Assembly (NCBI GenBank): GCA_950097015.1
Contig: CATNEN010000015.1
Location: 930,001 to 994,000 of the forward strand
Length of the DNA: 64,000 bases
From: Macrostomum hystrix
Taxonomy: Eukaryota; Animalia; Platyhelminthes
Direction of reading: 5' to 3'
A program made the position numbers and the translations under genes. The notes beneath the pieces were generated by a model. It made no database searches and was not told the DNA's origin. It worked only from the letters and a program-made list of their open reading frames with translations. This document shows positions 23,493-34,410 of the stretch, piece by piece (positions within the stretch are counted from its first letter, which is position 1; each line of letters begins with the position of its first letter).

Positions 23493-24442
23493 AGACACTG
23501 GTTTTTTACTGCTGAGGGGATAGTTTTCACATGTACTTAAGTAGCATTAAGCTGAGTTGTATCAAACGTAAGTTACTTGTGTAATTTTGCCCCGATGGGG
23601 CTCTTGGTGTACAGACTGAATGTCTCAGACAGACTATTTTTGTATTTAGTGAGAATTCAAATTTTCGTTGAATCGCAATCACATACGAGTGTATATTTGC
23701 AATCAGGGAAATTAATACTGACGACATGAGTTTTCATTTTTGTTTGCTTTCAGGTTTATTTTGTCCTTCTGCATTACACAATATTTTTGTTTGAACAGTA
23801 GTGCCCCCCAAAGGGGGGCTTAGTGTGCTAGTCTACTATATTAAAAATGAAATGCTTGGTTGGTCGGTTGTAATTGATTTTCTTCCAAACGGCTCAACCA
23901 ATTTTCACCATTTCTTCACCAAAAGATGCCAAATATAGGGAAAATTATACACGTATTTTTATTAAGCTTAACTTTATTGCTAAGGGGATTAAATATTCGA
24001 AAAACATGTTTTTTGACCATTTCAAAGGTCAAACTATCTTGGCTTATTGAGAATTTGATTCACTGACTGCCACTGAGTTAGAATTGCATCATCAACTTGC
24101 GCAACACCCACTAGCTGACTGAGTTAAAAGCCTGCACTCTGGAGACAAATTGGAAATAAATGTACACAACAAACCGCGAGACTGAGTGTACTCTATTTTC
24201 TTACTTCATTGTACAAAGCCAGAACTTTGAGAATTCATTTTATAAGGCTGATTTTTGCACCCACTAACCAACAGTCGGAATAGCCGATGTGTAGGCACTA
24301 GGAATAGGTTAGGCTAGGCTAGGGTTCGATTCTGCACTGCCTCAAAACATTTAGACTAATTTTCAGCCAGTAGTGATTAAAGATTTTTTTTATTTATTTT
24401 TTTCATTTCGTAAATAAAATATCATAAATCATAGCACACCGG

Positions 24443-25470
24443 CAAAACCAGAGTTTGAATCATGGCTAAACCAGAGTTTGAATCATGGCTAAACCAGAGT
24501 TTGAATCATGGCTAAACCAGAGTTTGAATCATGGCTAAACCAGAGTTTGAATCATGGCTAAACCAGAGTTTGAATCATAGCTAAACCAGCGTTTGAATCA
24601 TGGCTAAACCAGAGCTTGAATCATGGCTAATGCAGAGTTTGAATCATGGCTAAACCAGAGCTTGAATCATGGCTAATGCAGAGTTTGAATCATGGCTAAA
24701 CAAGAGTTTGAATCATGGATAAACCAGAGTTTGAATCATGGCTAATGCAGAGTTTGAATCATGGCTAAACAAGAGTTTAAATCATGGCTAAACAAGAGTT
24801 TGAATCATGGCTAAACCAGAGTTTGAATCATGGCTAAACCAGAGTTTGAATCATGGCTAAACCGGAGTTTGAATCATGGCTAAAACAGAGTTTGAATCAT
24901 GGCTAAACAAGAGTTTGAATCATGGCTAAACCAGAGTTTGAATCGTGGCTAAACAAGAGTTTGAATCATGGCTAAACCAGAGTTTGAATCATGGCTAAAC
25001 CGGAGTTTGAATCATGGCTAAACCAGAGTTTGAATCATGGCTAATGCAGAGTTTGAATCATGGCTAAACAAGAGTTTCAATCATGGCTAAACCAGAGTTT
25101 GAATCATGGCTAAACAAGAGTTTAAATCATGGCTAAACCGGAGTTTGAATCATGGCTAAAACAGAGTTTGAATCATGGCTAAACAAGAGTTTGAATCATG
25201 GCTAAACCAGAGTTTGAATCGTGGCTAAACAAGAGTTTGAATCATGGCTAAACCAGAGTTTGAATCATGGCTAAACCAGAGCTTGAATTATGGCCAAACC
25301 AGAGCTTAAATCATGGCTAAACCAGAGTTTGAATCATGGCTAAACCGGAGTTTGAATCATGGCTAAACCAGAGTTTGAATCATGGCTAAAACAGAGTTTG
25401 AATCATGGCGAAATTAGAGTTTGAATCATGGTAAAACGAGAGTTTGAATCATAGCCCACCAGGGTTTAAA
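24443..25470. repeat. SatC 23-bp array, ~45 copies
   Basis: Tandem units are directly visible. Confidence 0.95.
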
Positions 25471-25524
25471 ACATGGCGAAACCTGAGTTTGAATCTTGGC
25501 TAACCCAGCGTTTGAAAAATCAAC

Positions 25525-27446
25525 GTCAATTGGAAGTCATCATCAAAATGGGGATCAAGGTAAACTGGGGGATATTTGTCAACTGGAGGATCTTGGTAAG
25601 CTGGGGGATAATTGTCAACTGGGGGATCATTGTCAACTGGGGGATCGTTGTGAACTAGGGGATCATTGTCAATTAGAGGGTAATGGTCAACTGGGGGATA
25701 ATTGTCAACTGGGGAATCATCATCAAATGGGGGATCATGGTCAACTTGGGGATCATTGTCAACTGGGGGATCATTGTCAACTGTGGGATCATTGTCAACT
25801 GGGGGATCATTGTCAAATGGGGGATCATTGTCAACTGGGGGATCTTTGTCAACTAGGGGTTCATTGTCAACTGGGGGTTCATTGTCAACTGGGGGATCAT
25901 TGTCAACTGGGGGATCATTGTCAACTGGGGGAACATTGTCAACTGGGGATCTTCATCAATGGGGAATCATCATCAAATGGGGGATCATGGTCAACTCGGG
26001 GATCATTGTGAACTGGGGGATCTTTGTCAACTGGGGGATCATTGTGAACAGGGGGATCTTTGTCAACTGGGGGATCATTGTCAACTGTGGGATAATTGTC
26101 AACTGGGGGATCATTGTCAACTGGGGGATCATTGTCAACTGGGGGATCGTTGTCAACTGGGGGATCATTGTGAACAGGGGGATCTTTGTCAACTGGGGGA
26201 TCATTGTCAACTGTGGGATAATTGTCAACTGGGGGATCATTGTCAACTGGGGGATCATTGTCAACTGGGGGATCGTTGTCAACTGGGGGTTCATTGTCAA
26301 CTGGGTGATCATCATCAACTGAGGGATCATTGATAACTGGGTGAACATTGTCAACTGGAGGAACATTGTTAACTGGGGATCATCATCAATGGGGAGACTT
26401 CATCAACTGGGGGATCATTGTGAACTGGGGGATCTTTGTCAACTGGGGGATCATTGTCAACTGGGGGATCATTCTTAACTGGGGGATCATTGTCAACTGG
26501 CGGATCATTTTCAACTGGGGGATCATCATCAACTGGGGGATCATTGTCAACTGGGGGATCATTGTCAACTGGGGGATCATTGTCAACTGGGGGATCATTG
26601 TCAACTGGGTGATCATCATCAACTGGGGGATCATTGTCAACTGGAGGAACATTGTCAGCTGGAGGAACATTGTTAACTGGGGATCATCATCAATGGGGAG
26701 ACTTCATCAACTGGGGGATCATTGTGAACTGGGGGATCTTTGTCAACTGGAGGATCATTGTCAACTGGGGGATCATTCTCAACTGGGGGATCATTGTCAA
26801 CTGGCGGATCATTTTCAACTGGGGGATCATTGTCAACTGGGTGATCATCATCAACTGGGGGATCATTGTCAACTGGGGGAACATTGTCAACTGGGGGATC
26901 TTTGTTAACTGGGGGATCATTCTCAACTGGTGGATCATTCTCAACTGGGGGATCATTGTCAACTGGGGGATCATTTTCAAATGGGGGATCATCATCAACT
27001 GGGGGATCATCATCAACTGGGGGATCATTGTGAACTGGGGGATCATTGTCAACTGTGGGATCATTGTCAACTGGGGGATCATTGTCAACTGGGGGATCAT
27101 TGTCAAATGGGGATCATTGTCAACTGGGGGATCGTTGTCAACTGGGGGATCATTTTCAAATGGGGTATCATCATCAACTGGGGGATTATCATCAACTGGG
27201 GGATCATTGTGAACTGGGGGATCTTTGTCAACTGGGGGATCATTGTCAACTGTGGGATCATTGTCAACTGGGGGATCATTGTCAACTGGGGGATCATTGT
27301 CAACTGGGGGATCATTGTCAAATGGGGGATCATTGTCAACTGGGGGATCGTTGTCAACTGGGGGTTCATTGTCAACTGGGGGTTCATTGTCAACTGGGGG
27401 ATCATTGTCAACTGTGGGATCATTGTCAACTGGGGGATCATTGTAG
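25525..27446. repeat. SatD 18-bp array
   Basis: Tandem units are directly visible. Confidence 0.95.
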
Positions 27447-27644
27447 CTTTAAAAAGCTGTAAATTCAGCTGCTAAAAAGTATATACTAGACGAATTAAAA
27501 GTATTTCTGCTCCCCGAAGTTTGAATCATAGCCAACCAGAGTCTGAATCATGGCAAAACGAGAGTTTGAATCATAGCCCACCAGGGTTTAAAACATGGCG
27601 AAACCTGAGTTTGAATCCTGGCTAGCCCAGCGTTTGAAAAATCA

Positions 27645-28582
27645 ACGTCAACTGGGGAGTCATCATCAAAATGGGGATCATGGTGAACTGGGGGATAATC
27701 GTCAACTGGGGGATCATGGTAAACTGGGGGATAATTGTCAACTGAGGGATCATTGTCAACTGGGGGATCATTGTCAACTGGGGGACCATTGTCAACTGGG
27801 GGATCATTGTCAACTAGGGGGTAATGGTCAACTGGGGGATAATCGTCAACTGGGGGATCATGGTAAACTGGGGGATAATTGTCAACTGGGGGATCATTGT
27901 CAACTGGGGGATCATCATCAACTGGGGGATCATTGTGAACTGGGGGATCATTGTCAACTGGGGGATCATTGTCAACTGTGGGATCATTGTAAACTGGGGG
28001 ATCATTGTCAACTGGGGGATCATTGTCAACTGGGGGATCATTGTCAACTGGGTGATCATCATCAACTGGGGGATCATTGTCAACTGGGGGAACATTGTCA
28101 ACTGGGGGATCATTGTCAACTGGGGGTTCATTGTCAACTGGGGGTTCATTGTCAACTGGGGGTTCATTGTCAACTGTGGGATCATCATCAACTGGGGGAT
28201 CATTGTCAACTGGGGGAACATTGTCAACTGGAGGAACATTGTTAACTGGGGATCATCATCAATGGGGAGTCATCATCAACTGGGGGATCATTGTGAACTG
28301 GGGGATCTTTGTTAACTGGGGGATCATTGTCAACTGGGGGATCATTGTCAACTGGGGGATCATTGTCAACTGGGGGATCATTGTCAACTGGGTGATCATC
28401 ATTAACTGGGGGATCATTGTCAACTGGGGGATCATTGTCAACTGTGGGATCATTGTTAACTGGGGATCATCATCAATGGGGGATCATTGTCAACTGGGGG
28501 ATCGTTGTCAACTGGGGGTTCATTGTCAACTGGGGGTTCATTGTCAACTGGGGGATCATTGTCAACTGGGGGATCATTGTAG
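27645..28582. repeat. SatD 18-bp array, preceded by a short SatC remnant at 27520-27640
   Basis: Tandem units are directly visible, with the same SatC-SatD linker as at ~25450 and ~30550. Confidence 0.95.
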
Positions 28583-29271
28583 CTTTAAAAAGCTGTAAAG
28601 TCAGCTGCTAAAAAGTATATACTAGACGAATTAAAAGTATTTCTGCTCCCCGAAGGGGGGCAAAACTTGCTAGTCTACTATACTAAAAATGAAATGCTTG
28701 CTTGGTTGGTTGGTTGTAATTGATTTTCTCCCGAACGGCTCAACCGATTTTCACCATTTCTTCACCAAAAGATGCTAAATATGGTGACAATTATACACGT
28801 ATTTTTATTAAGCTTAACTTTATTGCTAAAGGGATTAAATATTCGAAAAACATGATTCGAAAAACAAGGTAAAACATCTTGGCCTATTGAGAATTTTACT
28901 CACTGCCACTGAATTAGAATTGCATCGTCAAATTGCGCAACAACCCCTAGCTGATTGAATTTAAAGCCTGCACTCTGGAGACAAATTGGAAATAAATGTA
29001 CACAACCAACCGCGAGACTGAGTGTACTCTATTTTCTCACTTTGTTGTACAAAGCCAGAACTTTGAGAATTCATTTTATAAGGCTGATTTTTGCACCCAC
29101 TAACCAACAGTCGGAATAGCCGATGTGTAGGCACTAGGAATAGGTTAGGCTAGGCTAGGGTTCGATTCTGCACTGCGTCAAATCATTTAGACTAATTTTC
29201 AGCCAGTAGTGATTGAAGATTATTTTAATTTATTTTTTCATTTCGTAAATAAAATATCATAAATCATAGCA

Positions 29272-30615
29272 AACCTGAATTTGAATCATGGCAAAAATAG
29301 AGCTTGAATCATGGCTAAACCAGCGTCTGAATCATGGCTAAACCAGAGCTTGAATCATGGCTAAACTGGAGTCTGAATCATGGCTAAACAAGAGTCTGAA
29401 TCATGGCTAAACCAGCGTCTGAATCATGGCTAAACCAGAGTCTGAATCATGGCTAAACCAGAGTCTGAATCATGGCTAAACCAGAGTTTGAATCATGGCT
29501 AAACCAGAGTCTGAATCATGGCTTAACCAGAGTTTGAATTATGGCTAAACCAGAGTCTGAATCATGGCTAAACCAGAGTCTGAATCATGGCTAAACCAGA
29601 GTTTGAATCATGGCTAAACCAGAGTTTGAATCATGGCTTAACCAGAGTTTGAATCATGGCTAAACCAGAGTTTGAATCATGGCTTAACCAGAGTTTGAAT
29701 CATGGCTAAACCAGAGTCTGAATCATGTCTTAACCAGAATTTAAATCATGGCTAAACCAGAGTCTGAATCATGGCTTAACCAGAGTTTGAATCATGGCTA
29801 AACCAGAGTCTGAATCATGGCTTAACCAGAGTCTGAATCGTGGCTTAACCAGAGTTTGAATCATGGCTAAACCAGAGTCTGAATCATGGCTAAACCAGAG
29901 TCTGAATCATGGCTAAACCAGCGTCTGAATCATGGCTAAACCAGAGTTTGAATCATGGCTAAACCAGAGTTTGAATCATGGCTTAACCAGAGTTTGAATC
30001 ATGGCTAAACCAGAGTCTGAATCATGCCTTAACCAGAATTTATATCATGGCTAAACCAGAGTCTGAATCATGGCTTAACCAGAGTTTGAATCATGGCTAA
30101 ACCAGAGTCTGAATCATGGCTTAACCAGAATTTAAATCATGGCTAAACCAGAGTCTGAATCATGGCTTAACCAGAGTCTGAATCATGGCTAAACCAGAGT
30201 CTGAATCATGGCAAAACTGGAGTCTGAATCATGGCTAAACCATAGTCTGAATCATGGCTAAAATAGAGTCTGAATCATGGCTAAACCAGCGTCTGAATCA
30301 TGGCAAAACCAGAGTTTGAATCATGGCTAAACCAGAGTCTGAATCATGGCTAAACCAGCGTCTGAATCATGGCTAAACCAGAGTTTGAATCATGGCTAAA
30401 CCAGAGTTTCAATCATGGCTAAACCAGCGTCTGAATCATGGCTAAACCAGCGTCTGAATCATAGCCAACCAGAGTTTGAATCTTGGCTAAACCAGAGTTT
30501 GAATCATAGCCAACCAGAGTCTGAATCATGGCAAAACGAGAGTTTGAATCAGAGCCCACCAGGGTTTAAAACATGGCGAAACCTGAGTTTGAATCTTGGC
30601 TAACCCAGCGTTTGA
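29272..30615. repeat. SatC 23-bp array, ~58 copies
   Basis: Tandem units are directly visible, and the GAGTCTGAATC variant is enriched relative to unit 2. Confidence 0.95.
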
Positions 30616-30624
30616 GAAATCAAC

Positions 30625-33600
30625 GTCAACTGGGGAGTCATCATCAAAATGGGGATCATGGTGAACTGGGGGATCATAATAAACTGGGGGATAATTGTCG
30701 ACTGTGGGATCAATGTCAACTGGGGGATCATTGTCAATTGGGGGTTCATTGTCAACTGGGGGATCATTGTCAACTGGGGGATCATTGTGAACTGAGAGAT
30801 CATTGTCAAGTGGGGGGTAATGGTCAACTGGGGGATAATTGTCAACTGGGGAATCATTATCAACTGGGGATCATCATCAACTGGGGGATCATTGAGAACT
30901 GGGGGATCTTTGTCAACTGGGGGATCATTGTGAACTGGGGGATCTTTGTCAACTGGGGGATCATTGTATACTGTGGGATCATTGTCAACTGGGGGATCAT
31001 TGTCAACTGGGGGATCATTGTCAAATGGGGGATCATTGTCAACTGGGGGATCTTTGTCAACTAGGGGTTCATTGTCAACTGGGGGTTCATTGTCAACTGG
31101 GGGATCATTGTCAACTGGGGGATCATTGTCAACTGGGGGAACATTGTCAACTGGGGATCTTCATCAATGGGGAATCATCATCAAATGGGGGATCATGGTC
31201 AACTCGGGGATCATTGTGAACAGGGGGATCTTTGTCAACTGGGGGATCATTGTCAACTGTGGGATAATTGTCAACTGGGGGATCATTGTCAACTGGGGGA
31301 TCATTGTCAACTGGGGGATCGTTGTCAACTGGGGGATCATTGTGAACAGGGGGATCTTTGTCAACTGGGGGATCATTGTCAACTGTGGGATAATTGTCAA
31401 CTGGGGGATCATTGTCAACTGGGGGATCATTGTCAACTGGGGGATCGTTGTCAACTGGGGGTTCATTGTCAACTGGGTGATCATCATCAACTGGGGGATC
31501 ATTGATAACTGGGTGAACATTGTCAACTGGAGGAACATTGTTAACTGGGGATCATCATCAATGGGGAGACTTCATCAACTGGGGGATCATTGTGAACTGG
31601 GGGATCTTTGTCAACTGGGGGATCATTGTCAACTGGGGGATCATTCTTAACTGGGGGATCATTGTCAACTGGCGGATCATTTTCAACTGGGGGATCATCA
31701 TCAACTGGGGGATCATTGTCAACTGGGGGATCATTGTCAACTGGGGGATCATTGTCAACTGGGGGATCATTGTCAACTGGGTGATCATTGTCAACTGGGT
31801 GATCATCATCAACTGGGGGATCATTGTCAACTGGGGGAACATTGTCAAATGGAGGAACATTGTTAACTGGGGATCATCATCAATGGGGAGACTTCATCAA
31901 CTGGGGGATCATTGTGAACTGGGGGATCTTTGTTAACTGGGGGATCATTGTCAACTGGGGGATCATTGTCAACTGGGGGATCATTGTCAACTGGGGGATC
32001 ATTTTCAACTGGGGGATCATCATCAACTGGGTGATCATTGTGAACTGGGGGATCTTTGTCAACTAGGGGATCATTGTCAACTGTGCGATCATTGTCAACT
32101 GGGGGATCATTGTCAAATGGGGGATCATTGTCAACTGTGGGATCGTTGTCAACTGGGGGTTCATTGTCAACTGGGGGTTCATTGTCAACTGGGGGATCAT
32201 CATCAACTGGGGGATCATTGTCAACTGGAGGAACATTGTTAACTAGGGATCATCATCAATGGGGAGACTTCATCAACTGGGGGATCATTGTGAACTGGGG
32301 GATCTTTGTTAACTGGGGGATCATTGTCAACTGGGGGATCATTCTCAACTGGGGGATCATTGTCAACTGGGGGATCATTTTCAACTGGGGGATCATCATT
32401 AACTGGGGGATCATTGTCAACTGGGGGATCATTGTCAACTGGGGGATCATTGTCAACTGGGGGATCATTGTCAACTGGGGGATCATTGTCAACTGGGTGA
32501 TCATCATCAACTGGGGGATCATTGTTAACTGGGGGAACATTGTCAAATGGAGGAACATTGTTAACTGGGGATCATCATCAATGGGGAGACTTCATCAACT
32601 GGGGGATCATTGTGAACTGGGGGATCTTTGTTAACTGGGGGATCATTGTCAACTGGGGGATCATTGTCAAATGGGGGATCATTGTCAACTGGGGGATCAT
32701 TGTCAACTGGGGGATCATTTTCAACTGGGGGATCATCATCAACTGGGTGATCATTGTGAACTGGGGGATCTTTGTCAACTAGGGGATCATTGTCAACTGT
32801 GCGATCATTGTCAACTGGGGGATCATTGTCAAATGGGGGATCATTGTCAACTGTGGGATCGTTGTCAACTGGGGGTTCATTGTCAACTGGGGGTTCATTG
32901 TCAACTGGGGGATCATCATCAACTGGGGGATCATTGTCAACTGGAGGAACATTGTTAACTAGGGATCATCATCAATGGGGAGACTTCATCAACTGGGGGA
33001 TCATTGTGAACTGGGGGATCTTTGTTAACTGGGGGATCATTGTCAACTGGGGGATCATTCTCAACTGGGGGATCATTGTCAACTGGGGGATCATTTTCAA
33101 CTGGGGGATCATCATTAACTGGGGGATCATTGTCAACTGGGGGATCATTGTCAACTGGGGGATCATTGTCAACTGGGGGATCATTGTCAACTGGGGGATC
33201 ATTGTCAACTGGGTGATCATCATCAACTGGGGGATCATTGTTAACTGGGGGAACATTGTCAAATGGAGGAACATTGTTAACTGGGGATCATCATCAATGG
33301 GGAGACTTCATCAACTGGGGGATCATTGTGAACTGGGGGATCTTTGTTAACTGGGGGATCATTGTCAACTGGGGGATCATTGTCAAATGGGGGATCATTG
33401 TCAACTGGGGGATCATTTTCAACTGGGGGATCATCATCAACTGGGGGATCATCATCAACTGGGTGATCATTGTGAACTGGGGGATCTTTGTCAACTGGGG
33501 GATCATTGTCAACTGTGGGATCATTGTCAACTGGGGGATCATTGTCAAATGGGGGATCATTGTCAACTGTGGGATCGTTGTCAACTGGGGGTTCATTGTC

Positions 33601-34320
33601 AACTGGGGGTTCATTGTCAACTGGGGGATCATCATCAACTGGGGGATCATTGTCAACTGGGTGATCATCATCAACTGGGGGATCATTGTTAACTGGGGGA
33701 ACATTGTCAAATGGAGGAACATTGTTAACTGGGGATCATCATCAATGGGGAGACTTCATCAACTGGGGGATCATTGTGAACTGGGGGATCTTTGTTAACT
33801 GGGGGATCATTGTCAACTGGGGGATCATTGTCAACTGGGGGATCATTGTCAACTGGGGGATCATTTTCAACTGGGGGATCATCATCAACTGGGGGATCAT
33901 CATCAACTGGGTGATCATTGTGAACTGGGGGATCTTTGTCAACTGGGGGATCATTGTCAACTGTGGGATCATTGTCAACTGGGGGATCATTGTCAAATGG
34001 GGGATCATTGTCAACTGTGGGATCGTTGTCAACTGGGGGTTCATTGTCAACTGGGGGTTCATTGTCAACTGGGGGATCATCATCAACTGGGGGATCATCA
34101 TCAACTGGGTGATCATTGTGAACTGGGGGATCTTTGTCAACTGGGGGATCATTGTTAACTGTGGGATCATTGTCAACTGGGGGATCATTGTCAAATGGGG
34201 GATCATTGTCAACTGTGGGATCTTTGTCAACTGGGGGTTCATTGTCAACTGGGGGTTCATTGTCAACTGGGGGATCATTGTCAACTGGGGGATCATTGTC
34301 AACCGGGGGTTCATTGTAGC
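30625..34320. repeat. SatD 18-bp array (~3.7 kb) with a 716-bp higher-order repeat
   Basis: Tandem units are directly visible. Identical pseudo-ORFs recur exactly 716 bp apart (32056/32772, 32256/32972, 32306/33022). Confidence 0.95.
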
Positions 34321-34410
34321 TTTAAAAAGCTGTAAATTCAGCTGCTAAAAAGTATATACTAGACGAATTAAAAGTATTTCTGCTCCCCGAAGGGGGGCAA
34401 AACTTGCTAG

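Larger units (their letters stand above)
18440..23831 (+). mobile_element. Satellite-filled Helitron-like unit 1 (5' end not found)
   Basis: Ends in hairpin GCCCCCCAAAGGGGGGC + TGTGCTAG (CTAG 23828-31). It shares SatC, SatD and the AAGCTGTAAATTCAGCTG post-array motif with units 2-3. No canonical TC 5' end is seen near 18440. Confidence 0.6.
23832..28673 (+). mobile_element. Satellite-filled non-autonomous Helitron unit 2 (composite: 2a 23832-27519, 2b 27520-28673)
   Basis: 5' TCTACTATATTAAAAATGAAATG...AAACGGCTCAACCAATTTTCACC, ~600 bp unique leader, SatC then SatD arrays, 3' hairpin GCTCCCCGAAGGGGGGC + CTAG (28670-73). Confidence 0.85.
28674..34410 (+). mobile_element. Satellite-filled non-autonomous Helitron unit 3 (complete, ~5.7 kb)
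   Basis: 5' TCTACTATACTAAAAATGAAATG, leader nearly identical to unit 2, SatC then SatD arrays, 3' hairpin + CTAG (34407-10) followed by T. Confidence 0.88.

Noticed and set aside
24300-24340. GGTTAGGCTAGGCTAGGGTTCGATTC (also ~29145-29170) as a telomeric seed or Pol III B-box
   Set aside because: It is too short and degenerate, has no A-box, and is part of the Helitron leader.
18843-34320. Regular short repeats that might suggest a CRISPR array
   Set aside because: The units are directly adjacent with no unique spacers, no cas genes are present, and the context is eukaryotic.
19874-34348. Dozens of long ORFs (GDHCQL, NWGIIV, STGGSL, MIPQLT, ELLLCCWGG repeats, up to 1030 aa) that look like His/Cys-rich or antifreeze-like proteins
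   Set aside because: Several frames on both strands are open simply because the 18-, 21- and ~24-bp satellite units lack stops. There are no splice signals, signal peptides or frame preference, and the frames shift freely.
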